Assembly (NCBI RefSeq): GCF_000026545.1
Contig: NC_011601.1
Source of the DNA: Escherichia coli O127:H6 str. E2348/69
GTDB taxonomy: Bacteria; Pseudomonadota; Gammaproteobacteria; Enterobacterales; Enterobacteriaceae
Reading direction: 5' to 3' (one strand)
Length of the DNA stretch: 64,000 nt
The notes under the pieces are model-generated. The model searched no databases. It was given only the letters and a program-made list of their open reading frames with translations, and had not been told where the DNA came from. This document shows positions 1 to 7,209 of the stretch, piece after piece; within the stretch, counting starts at the first letter, position 1, and each line of letters begins with the position of its first letter. The position numbers were made by a program, and so were the translations under genes.

Positions 1-183
1 TGCGGTGATCCAGCCCTGGCCCTGACCTTTCAGGAAGCGCGGCACGCCTTCTTCAATAGAGGCGGTACACAACACTTTGGTATCGCCAAATTCGACCAGC
101 ACCGAGCCTTCTGCATGTTTTGTATAGTTACGAGTCAGGGTAACGGGACGCACCTGATTATTGCTACGGCCTGCTGGACGCAT
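1..183 (-). CDS. rph: RNase PH, N-terminal part (gene continues past window start)
   Basis: Reverse-strand translation from the ATG at 183-181 reads [61 protein letters not shown], recognisable as E. coli RNase PH. It is absent from the ORF track because it runs off the window. It is divergent from yicC as in K-12. Confidence 0.9.
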
Positions 184-309
184 ATTGAAATCTCCGGCTT
201 GAAACAAATGTGGCTGCGCATTATACGGACTTCCGGCGGTTATTCCTATCCTGACAAGGCATCGATGGCTATAATCCTTCCACCTCTCCTTTTATAAACA
301 GGAACGTCT

Positions 310-1173
310 ATGATCCGCAGTATGACCGCCTACGCCCGGCGTGAAATCAAGGGTGAATGGGGGAGCGCAACCTGGGAAATGCGCTCGGTAAACCAGCGTT
401 ATCTGGAAACTTACTTTCGTCTGCCGGAGCAGTTCCGTAGCCTTGAACCTGTCGTTCGTGAGCGTATTCGTTCTCGCCTGACGCGCGGTAAAGTGGAATG
501 TACCCTGCGCTATGAGCCCGATGTCAGCGCGCAAGGTGAGCTGATCCTCAACGAAAAACTGGCTAAACAGCTGGTAACTGCCGCGAACTGGGTAAAAATG
601 CAGAGTGACGAAGGGGAAATCAACCCGGTTGATATTCTCCGCTGGCCAGGCGTGATGGCGGCCCAGGAACAGGATCTCGACGCGATTGCCGCTGAAATTC
701 TCGCGGCGCTGGATGGTACGCTGGACGACTTTATCATCGCGCGCGAAACCGAAGGTCAGGCGCTGAAAGCATTGATCGAGCAGCGTCTGGAAGGCGTGAC
801 CGCCGAAGTGGTCAAAGTCCGCGCCCACATGCCGGAAATCCTGCAATGGCAGCGTGAGCGTCTGGTGGCTAAGCTGGAAGACGCCCAGGTGCAACTGGAA
901 AACAACCGTCTGGAGCAGGAGTTGGTTCTGCTGGCACAACGAATTGACGTTGCCGAAGAGTTGGACCGCCTCGAAGCGCATGTTAAAGAGACCTACAACA
1001 TTCTGAAGAAAAAAGAAGCCGTTGGTCGTCGTCTGGACTTTATGATGCAGGAGTTCAACCGCGAGTCGAACACCCTGGCCTCGAAGTCTATCAATGCCGA
1101 AGTGACTAACTCCGCCATTGAGCTGAAAGTGTTGATCGAGCAGATGCGCGAGCAGATTCAGAATATTGAATGA
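310..1173 (+). CDS. yicC: YicC-family stress-induced protein, 287 aa
   Basis: The 287-aa ORF MIRSMTAYARREIKGEWGSATWEMRSVNQRYLE... matches remembered E. coli YicC. It has the K-12 position next to rph. Confidence 0.9.
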   Translation: MIRSMTAYARREIKGEWGSATWEMRSVNQRYLETYFRLPEQFRSLEPVVRERIRSRLTRGKVECTLRYEPDVSAQGELILNEKLAKQLVTAANWVKMQSDEGEINPVDILRWPGVMAAQEQDLDAIAAEILAALDGTLDDFIIARETEGQALKALIEQRLEGVTAEVVKVRAHMPEILQWQRERLVAKLEDAQVQLENNRLEQELVLLAQRIDVAEELDRLEAHVKETYNILKKKEAVGRRLDFMMQEFNRESNTLASKSINAEVTNSAIELKVLIEQMREQIQNIE

Positions 1174-1212
1174 TTTTGCATGCTGTCGCATGAAATTGCA
1201 AAAATCCATCAT

Positions 1213-1237
1213 AGCCCGCATTTTGCGGGCTTTTTTA
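1213..1237 (+). terminator. Rho-independent terminator of yicC
   Basis: The hairpin GCCCGC-ATTTT-GCGGGC is followed by a T6 run, 40 nt after the yicC stop. Confidence 0.75.
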
Positions 1238-1281
1238 TTTTCATACTGTCGCATATGATTGCATAGCATCGCGCAAAACAT

Positions 1282-1300
1282 TTGTACCCAAGACTGTACC
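1282..1300. repeat. attL core, direct repeat TTGTACCCAAGACTGTACC
   Basis: It is identical to 12406-12424. An inverted copy of its left half (TGGGTACAAA, 1325-1334) lies just before the int start. Confidence 0.85.
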
Positions 1301-1360
1301 TTTAATAATTTATCCAATTCATTTTGGGTACAAAATGATAGTCAATATTCAGGTGAAACT

Positions 1361-2620
1361 ATGGCAAAGCTGACAGATATCCAAATCAAGTCATGGATTA
1401 AGGCAGGAGAACGCTTCGAGGGGCGCTCTGACGGCAACGGGCTATACCTTCGCTATCGAGTGGGGGATAAAGTGCCTGTATGGCGTTTTCGATATCAGTT
1501 CGCTGGGAAATCACGGGTAATGCTTATTGGATCTTATAGCGAAATATCCCTTTCCAAAGCACGGGAAATAGCCAAGGAATTATCCGCACGTGTAGCCCTG
1601 GGCTTCGATGTCGCCGGGGAAAAGAAAGCGCGAAAAGCGGCTGCTATAGAAAAGATGGAGCGGGAGAAAAACGCGCTTCGCGTGTCAGAGCTAGCAACCG
1701 AGTATTTCGAACGGCAGATTTTGGGACGCTGGAAACATCCCGATCTTCTGCGCCGGAGAATCGATAAGGATATCAACCCACATATTGGCAACATGAAGAT
1801 AGAGGACGTAAAACCCCGTCATATTGATGCGATGCTACAGAGCGTTGTTGATCGTGGCGCTCCAACCGTAGCTAATGACGTTCTGCGCTGGACTAAACGC
1901 ATATTCGATTATGCTATCAAGCGTCATGCACTGGAATTAAACCCAGCTGGAGCATTTGATCTGTCAGACGCTGGCGGGCAGGAAAGTAGCCGTATGCGCT
2001 GGCTGACCCGTGAAGAACTTATACGTTTTTTCCAAGCTATGCGCACTGCAAAAGGATTCAGCCGCGAGAACGAGCTGACCATGAAGCTAATCCTCTGCCT
2101 GTGTTGTCGCAAAATGGAGCTGTGCGGTGCTCAGTGGGATGAATTCGACCTTGATGAAGCAGTGTGGCATCTACCAGCAGAACGCGTTAAAAACGGCGAC
2201 GCTATTGATATACCACTACCTCCACCTGCGGTTGGTTGGTTGAGAGAGCTTCGCACTATCGCGGGCAGTGGGAGTAAATGGGTTCTCCCCGCGCGGAAGA
2301 TGCAACACCGCATGATTCCCCACATTCAGGAAAGCACACTCCCAGTGGCGCTGGCAAAAGTACGCCGCGAAATGCCAGAAGTACCAAACTTCACAATTCA
2401 CGATTTCAGGCGTACCGCCCGCACCCATTTAGCGGCGTTGGGTGTCGATCCCGTAGTCGCAGAACGTTGCCTGAATCACCGCATTAAAGGCGTTGAGGGT
2501 ATCTACAACCGCCACCAGTACTTTGAAGAACGACGGGCAGCCCTGGAACTGTGGGCGGGGCTTCTGGTTTCGCTTGAACGAGGGGAAAACTACAATGTTA
2601 TTCCTTTATCTAAAATATAA
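1361..2620 (+). CDS. int: Tyrosine recombinase, P4-type integrase (N-terminal DUF4102-like arm-binding domain plus catalytic domain), 419 aa
   Basis: MAKLTDIQIKSWIKAGERFEGRSDGNGLYLRYRVGDKVPVWRFRYQFAGKSRVMLIGSY is the typical P4/CP4-57 integrase N-terminus. The C-terminal part has HDFRRTARTHL and a terminal ...GIYNRH... tyrosine region. An AGGTGA SD lies 5 nt upstream of the ATG at 1361. Confidence 0.9.
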   Translation: MAKLTDIQIKSWIKAGERFEGRSDGNGLYLRYRVGDKVPVWRFRYQFAGKSRVMLIGSYSEISLSKAREIAKELSARVALGFDVAGEKKARKAAAIEKMEREKNALRVSELATEYFERQILGRWKHPDLLRRRIDKDINPHIGNMKIEDVKPRHIDAMLQSVVDRGAPTVANDVLRWTKRIFDYAIKRHALELNPAGAFDLSDAGGQESSRMRWLTREELIRFFQAMRTAKGFSRENELTMKLILCLCCRKMELCGAQWDEFDLDEAVWHLPAERVKNGDAIDIPLPPPAVGWLRELRTIAGSGSKWVLPARKMQHRMIPHIQESTLPVALAKVRREMPEVPNFTIHDFRRTARTHLAALGVDPVVAERCLNHRIKGVEGIYNRHQYFEERRAALELWAGLLVSLERGENYNVIPLSKI

Positions 2621-2636
2621 AAGTTTTGTTTGAAGG

Positions 2637-2739
2637 TATTCACCCTATTCACCTTTTTAATTAACTTCATGATTTTAAATAATAAAAAAGGGTGAATACT
2701 TACAGTAAAACTAATCACCTTAGTATTCACCTGTTCACC
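2637..2739. repeat. Iteron cluster (ori-like): six copies of T(A/G)TTCACC around an AT-rich spacer
   Basis: TATTCACC is at 2637, 2646 and 2724. TGTTCACC is at 2732. Degenerate TAATCACC is at 2712. Inverted GGTGAATA is at 2691. The 2654-2690 spacer is almost pure A/T. TGTTCACC is the type I iteron I recall being bound by P4 alpha protein at ori and crr. Confidence 0.65.
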
Positions 2740-2939
2740 TTCTAAAGCTGCTGTGGCTGCTCCCCTTGCCCGAAAACACGCCAGCCACCAGCGTTAAAAA
2801 AAACTACAAAAATCATCATCGTACAGATCTGTACGATGACGCCAGCACTCACCCTACAAAACAACCTAACTTATTGATTTCAAAAGTAGAGAAAATCTGC
2901 TTTATGCCACTAGCTCGCACCCGTCCCCAAAAAGAAAAA

Positions 2940-2966
2940 GCCCGCGCTGGAGACGCACGGGCTTTT
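2940..2966. terminator. Bidirectional hairpin terminator between the int/iteron region and the cargo operon
   Basis: GCCCGCG-N9-CACGGGC is flanked by A-rich sequence upstream and TTTT downstream, so a T-run follows the hairpin on both strands. Confidence 0.5.
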
Positions 2967-3123
2967 GGGTACCGATAACCATGTTTGGAATCAACTCATT
3001 GAGTTCTGACCTCAATTTGCATGTTATCACAAGAAAAACACATTGTAATAATTGCAACAACGAATATCATCATTGCATATAATGAAACATAAATATCCGA
3101 TAGAACATACTGAGGTCTGACCG

Positions 3124-3675
3124 ATGCAAGATATTACAAACATCGCAGTGACTGGCGAAGATGGCGTGGTGACGTATGCCGACGGCAGTAAAGAGGAGTT
3201 CCAGTGCAGCGGAACCGTTGCGACCATCATTGCAAGTCTTGCAACGACACTCGAGAAAGAACGCAAAATGCGCATCGCCACCGGCGACCGCCTGCGCCGC
3301 ATGTACACCCGCGACAGTGATATGATTTCCCGCGGTTTGAATGGCACGTCTGCTACTTCCACGGCACCGACAGCAATGAATGCTGAGTTCATGCGTCTGG
3401 TACGTGCCGTAGCGCCGAAATACGATTCAGCACTGCCCGACGCCGACCCGCGCATCGTTGCGCTCGATGTGCTGCGCTACGCCCCTGCTGAGGCGTTCAG
3501 CGCCGTACACCCTACCCCAATGTCAGAAATCCAGCTGGATCAGGCTATCGATATACTCGAGCAGGTTGGCGACTACATGAAAGCAAACAATATCGCTCCG
3601 AAAATAATTTCTACAGGAGACGCAATCCGCAGCATCAATGCTGACAACGCCACCTTCTGGGGCAAAAAACACTAA
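3124..3675 (+). CDS. Hypothetical protein, 183 aa (cargo operon 1, gene 1)
   Basis: A GAGG SD lies about 9 nt upstream of the ATG. I recognise no family. The C-terminal motif INADNATFW is shared with the next ORF. Confidence 0.65.
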   Translation: MQDITNIAVTGEDGVVTYADGSKEEFQCSGTVATIIASLATTLEKERKMRIATGDRLRRMYTRDSDMISRGLNGTSATSTAPTAMNAEFMRLVRAVAPKYDSALPDADPRIVALDVLRYAPAEAFSAVHPTPMSEIQLDQAIDILEQVGDYMKANNIAPKIISTGDAIRSINADNATFWGKKH

Positions 3676-3688
3676 AGAGATATGAAGC

Positions 3689-3877
3689 ATGTCTATCTAT
3701 GACCCGAAATTAGCCGCAGGCAACCCACAGCGCGCCCACCGCCCAATGCTGACCCGTCAGGATCTTGAAACGGCAAAGGCACGCAATAACTTCGATCGCC
3801 AGAGTCGCAACCTGCAGCAACTCAACGAATCAAATGCACGGTTCTGGAGTGAACAGAATGAGAAAGCCAAACGTTAA
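3689..3877 (+). CDS. Hypothetical small protein, 62 aa (cargo operon 1, gene 2)
   Basis: It starts 13 nt after gene 1. It carries LNESNARFW, similar to the gene 1 C-terminus. Its 3' end overlaps the gene 3 start by 20 nt. Confidence 0.5.
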   Translation: MSIYDPKLAAGNPQRAHRPMLTRQDLETAKARNNFDRQSRNLQQLNESNARFWSEQNEKAKR

Positions 3878-4034
3878 GCCGGTCCTGCTGTCCGCCGAGC
3901 AGATGCAGGCCATACGCAACATTCAGGAACGTGAACGCCAGCGCTCCAATCTCGGCGTCGCTCCCACCGTTCACCAGATTGCCCGCGGCCTCATGGCTAA
4001 GGCTCTGGCCTCACTGGCAAGCGAGGGCGCGTAA
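3858..4034 (+). CDS. Small putative ribbon-helix-helix-like protein, 58 aa (cargo operon 1, gene 3)
   Basis: The ATG at 3858 has a GGAG SD 8 nt upstream, within the longer track ORF 3765-4034. MRKPNVKPVLLSAEQMQAIRNIQERERQR...TVHQIARGLMAKALASL has a strand-helix-helix pattern. The stop overlaps the next start as TAATG. Confidence 0.5.
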   Translation: MRKPNVKPVLLSAEQMQAIRNIQERERQRSNLGVAPTVHQIARGLMAKALASLASEGA

Positions 4035-4765
4035 TGGGCGCCATTCACCAGATATATGAGCAGGAAATGTTCTATAACTGGATAGGCGATGGTAAACGAT
4101 GTGTAGCATTCCACGAAGCGGGCCATGCAGTAGCCGCATGGCTTATTCGCTTAGATATGCAGGTTATCGCCATTATGGATGAATCCGGCTACGTTGCTGG
4201 CGAACATGTACATGAAGCCCAGTGTTTGGGCGTTGTTAAACACGGCATAATCCACAGCCACGATCTCAGGCGTTTGCGGGAGAGTAAATCTGGTGTAGTT
4301 GGGCACGATGGCAAAGTTATCCCTTTCATACGCTACTACGCGGAAGGTATAAAGCGCGATGCAACAAAGGCCGCTTTTGTAGCCCTCGCTGGACCAGTAA
4401 GCGAAGCCATTTACGAAAATAACGAAATTTTCAATATAAAGTATTCACTCCCTCACCGCTATGACATGGCTAACGTAAATGACATGCTCGATTTAATATG
4501 TGCCACGGATAAGCGAATTAACAGGAAGTTAATGCTTTCTAAACTTGTTGAAAAGACCAAATTCCTCATGACTCAATACTGGCCGGAAGTAGGAAAAATA
4601 GCGCATTTGCTTGAGCGGGATAACATTGTTAATGGCCGCGATGTTAGCTCGCTAATCGGCCTCAACGTCATTGACCGGGCAACGCCATTTTTGGTATCTG
4701 ACTTGAGCAGTACATTTGCTCATCTCCCGTACTCGTCCCTGCCTCCGAATGAATTAGCAACTTGA
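4034..4765 (+). CDS. Stand-alone FtsH-like (peptidase M41-type) zinc metalloprotease domain protein, 243 aa, with no AAA+ module and no TM segment
   Basis: FHEAGHAVAAW (HEAGH at nt 4112-4126) matches the FtsH zinc site. Later segments (VALAGPVSEAIY, MANVNDMLDLI, KIAHLLERDNIVNGRDVSSLI) parallel the FtsH protease domain by eye. There is no Walker A/B. Confidence 0.7.
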   Translation: MGAIHQIYEQEMFYNWIGDGKRCVAFHEAGHAVAAWLIRLDMQVIAIMDESGYVAGEHVHEAQCLGVVKHGIIHSHDLRRLRESKSGVVGHDGKVIPFIRYYAEGIKRDATKAAFVALAGPVSEAIYENNEIFNIKYSLPHRYDMANVNDMLDLICATDKRINRKLMLSKLVEKTKFLMTQYWPEVGKIAHLLERDNIVNGRDVSSLIGLNVIDRATPFLVSDLSSTFAHLPYSSLPPNELAT

Positions 4766-4777
4766 AGACAGTAAAGT

Positions 4778-4802
4778 AGCCATGCATTTAACACGCATGG
4801 CT
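4778..4802. terminator. Bidirectional hairpin between the two convergent cargo operons
   Basis: A perfect 8-bp stem AGCCATGC / GCATGGCT with a 9-nt loop lies in the 47-nt gap between the stops at 4765 and 4813. Confidence 0.55.
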
Positions 4803-4812
4803 ATGTGAACAT

Positions 4813-6036
4813 TTAAGAATTAGAGCGCTTAGGCGATCGCGTAAATTGCACTAAAGCCCCTTTATGATCGTTAGCCTGCACATCACGATGCTCAACCAAC
4901 ATAGATTTTAATTTTGCCAGATGCACAACAGCAGCCTTCTTGCCAGTCAGGTACCCCTCGGGCAAACCAGCAATCATTTCCACATCAATAGCAGATAAAC
5001 CTGCGAATGCAGCAAGCCGTTCAACTGAAATGATTCCAGACGATGCCAGCAATTCAATAGTACGTTTCAACAAACGTGGTTTTTCAGGCTCACGATAATC
5101 ATCTCCCGGCTCTGATTTCGCTCCCCAACGTGCTGAACGACGCTTATAAAGATTTTGTTTCTCTTCTTCCGTAATAATATGCAGCACATGTAAACGCATG
5201 ATACTTGCCGCAACGGAAATACCATAGCGTTGTTTAATTAAAAGCAAGCTATCTAATGTTACCGGGGTCCTAATTTCTTCGGCAAATGTCTCAGCAGGAA
5301 GCAGCAGTGCTCCCGCAAATTTATGAGCCTGACTTTCCTTCAGCTTATAACGTTCGGCTTCGAGTTCGTTGCCAACATAGCGGTGAAGGATCAGATGACC
5401 AATTTCGTGAGCAAGGTCAAATCTGCTACGAAAAGCATTACCTTTATCTGAAGAGAGGAGAACAAAAGGAACACCTAAAGTCTCACTCCAGGCAGAAAGC
5501 CCTTCAATCTGCGCAACGCCTGTTTCTTCTCTAATAACGATAATACCATTACTCTCTGCGGCTAAAGCAAGATCCGGTATTTCCTTTGTACCAAGATTCC
5601 AAAGAGCACGGCACTCATTAGCAGCGTCTTCAATATCTGCATCACTAATTTCATCAATGTTTGTAAAGCTACGACGCGGTAGTTTTAGCTCCGGCAGATC
5701 TACAAACTCAGTCAGCTTAGTAACTAACTCATTAGCCCAATGGATTCGAGTTTCTAACATTGCTCGTGCAGCTACATGAGCTGATGCATTGCTTCTGAAC
5801 AGAGGCTTTGACATCCCCTTCAACAGAGGGCGCGTAAACCATTCAGGTGTAACATTTACGACAGTGGCCAGACGTTCTAAAGCCTCAGACTCTGGAGCCT
5901 GTTGACCGGAACGCCATTTGCTAATGGTTGCTGGTGATACACCCACCATAGTAGCTAATTGAGTTTGTGATAGCCGCCGGGCGGCTAGTACCTGTGCTAA
6001 CCTGCCCGGTTGAAATTCGGCGACGCCTCGGCTCAT
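4813..6036 (-). CDS. XRE-family HTH fused to an ImmA/IrrE-type (M78, COG2856) zinc peptidase domain with a C-terminal extension, 407 aa
   Basis: The N-terminus LAQVLAARRLSQTQLATMVGVSPATISKWRSGQQAP is a classic XRE HTH. HEIGHLILH is at aa 210-218 (HEIGH at nt 5395-5409). The start overlaps the upstream gene stop as ATGA, with a GAGGAAG SD. Confidence 0.8.
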   Translation of the reverse strand: MSRGVAEFQPGRLAQVLAARRLSQTQLATMVGVSPATISKWRSGQQAPESEALERLATVVNVTPEWFTRPLLKGMSKPLFRSNASAHVAARAMLETRIHWANELVTKLTEFVDLPELKLPRRSFTNIDEISDADIEDAANECRALWNLGTKEIPDLALAAESNGIIVIREETGVAQIEGLSAWSETLGVPFVLLSSDKGNAFRSRFDLAHEIGHLILHRYVGNELEAERYKLKESQAHKFAGALLLPAETFAEEIRTPVTLDSLLLIKQRYGISVAASIMRLHVLHIITEEEKQNLYKRRSARWGAKSEPGDDYREPEKPRLLKRTIELLASSGIISVERLAAFAGLSAIDVEMIAGLPEGYLTGKKAAVVHLAKLKSMLVEHRDVQANDHKGALVQFTRSPKRSNS

Positions 6037-6680
6037 ACATTATCTTCCTCGGTTCCATCTTTTCTGATAATGCCCCTTTTGAGCCCAGGGAATGCATTAT
6101 CTTCTTGGGACGGAACTACATCATATCGGGTTAAAAAAAGTTCAAGTGGCTCATGAAAAACCCAGCGCTTCCCATCAGAACTTGGTACAACAAGCTCTAT
6201 AGACATCGGAGCTTCAGGCTGAATCTGCAACGAACCGGAAAAACGGCATACTACGAACAGTGTAGCTTTTGGCACATCAGAACCATCGGAGAATAAATCC
6301 GGTTGCACCATTTTTTCCACAAACACGTTCTCAGAAATGAGTTCTTGCTTACGTTTGCTACGGAATAATCTCTTCCACTGGTTATCATTGTAGCTTTCAC
6401 GAACAATCGTGAATATACCACTATGGCCTTCTACAATACGGTTACCACGCAGCTTTCCAGGATTACAACCGTTGGCCTCAAACACCTCATAAATAGTTTC
6501 ATTCAGGTTTAAATGACGATCATAACCAAGCGCGGTCGATCTGTGATCTAGCTTCTTCTTTTGAGCATAATCGTAAGAACGCTTTGATGCCGCGTAAATC
6601 GCGTCAGAAAGGGCCATGAAGAGTTGTTTTGAAACATTCTGAACGATGAGATCTGCCACTTTGGATTTTTTCACGACCAT
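6033..6680 (-). CDS. Hypothetical protein, 215 aa, first gene of cargo operon 2
   Basis: It is an intact ORF with an AGGA SD. It is translationally coupled (ATGA) to the XRE-ImmA gene. I recognise no family. Confidence 0.65.
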   Translation of the reverse strand: MVVKKSKVADLIVQNVSKQLFMALSDAIYAASKRSYDYAQKKKLDHRSTALGYDRHLNLNETIYEVFEANGCNPGKLRGNRIVEGHSGIFTIVRESYNDNQWKRLFRSKRKQELISENVFVEKMVQPDLFSDGSDVPKATLFVVCRFSGSLQIQPEAPMSIELVVPSSDGKRWVFHEPLELFLTRYDVVPSQEDNAFPGLKRGIIRKDGTEEDNV

Positions 6681-6683
6681 TTC

Positions 6684-6702
6684 CTATCACTGTCACTGAT
6701 AG
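6684..6702. promoter_or_regulatory. Operator-like inverted repeat CTATCA-N7-TGATAG at the start of cargo operon 2
   Basis: CTATCACTGTCACTGATAG lies 4 nt upstream of the 6680 start codon, overlaps the SD, and contains an internal tandem TCACTG. Confidence 0.45.
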
Positions 6703-7209
6703 CCGTGATTTTATATCAGTATTTTTTCGTGTGTCCATAACGCAATCAATTATTTTTTCCTTTGTCAGCAAGAATTATATAAAAAGCACTATCATGACAG
6801 GATTTGGGCCACTAACCTTTCACAGACTCTTGAAGTCCTAGAAAAAAGCAATGGCACAAGGTGTCCTTGCCGGGAGAAAAATCATCTGGCTACCAGCAAC
6901 CTTATAGATTCCAGATCAACGTAATATCAAAGTAAAACGTCCATTTCCGGTACCATATTTGGTCATTACGACGGGGGAAACTTATACCCACTGCTGCCCC
7001 ATCGTCAGCGCCGACAGGGACCTATGCCGCAAGGTATAAGGCAAAATTGGCATTTTCGCTATTCCCCCTGCCCGTATTTTTTGGCTTACTGGAATTTCTC
7101 TATCTAACACAATGAACTTGAGGCTATTCCGACAGGGAGAAAAGCGATCTACGCCTGACCGCCTGCCTCAGCAATCATCCAGGCAAGTACGTGTGTAAGG
7201 CTAACGCGA

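Noticed and set aside
1179-1265. Direct repeats TGTCGCATGAAATTGCA / TGTCGCATATGATTGCA flanking the yicC terminator as possible extra att or IS ends
   Set aside because: They are imperfect and lie on the chromosomal side of attL. They probably belong to the native yicC 3' region. I cannot test this without the K-12 sequence.
292-1317. 341-aa ORF on the minus strand covering all of yicC
   Set aside because: It is a shadow ORF antisense to a well-recognised conserved gene. It has no SD and an odd, low-complexity composition.
2766-2978. 70-aa ORF between int and the cargo operon
   Set aside because: It has a non-ATG start (CTTGCCC), no SD and low-complexity sequence. It runs through the hairpin terminator at 2940-2966, so the region is better explained as iteron/terminator DNA.
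3027-3455. 142-aa minus-strand ORF overlapping the first cargo gene
   Set aside because: It is antisense to a better-supported ORF that has an SD and operon context, and it has no start context of its own.
3765-4034. Long form (89 aa) of cargo gene 3
   Set aside because: The upstream part overlaps the 62-aa ORF for more than 100 nt. The internal ATG at 3858 has a good GGAG SD and gives a compact coupled arrangement, so the short form was preferred. The long form cannot be excluded.
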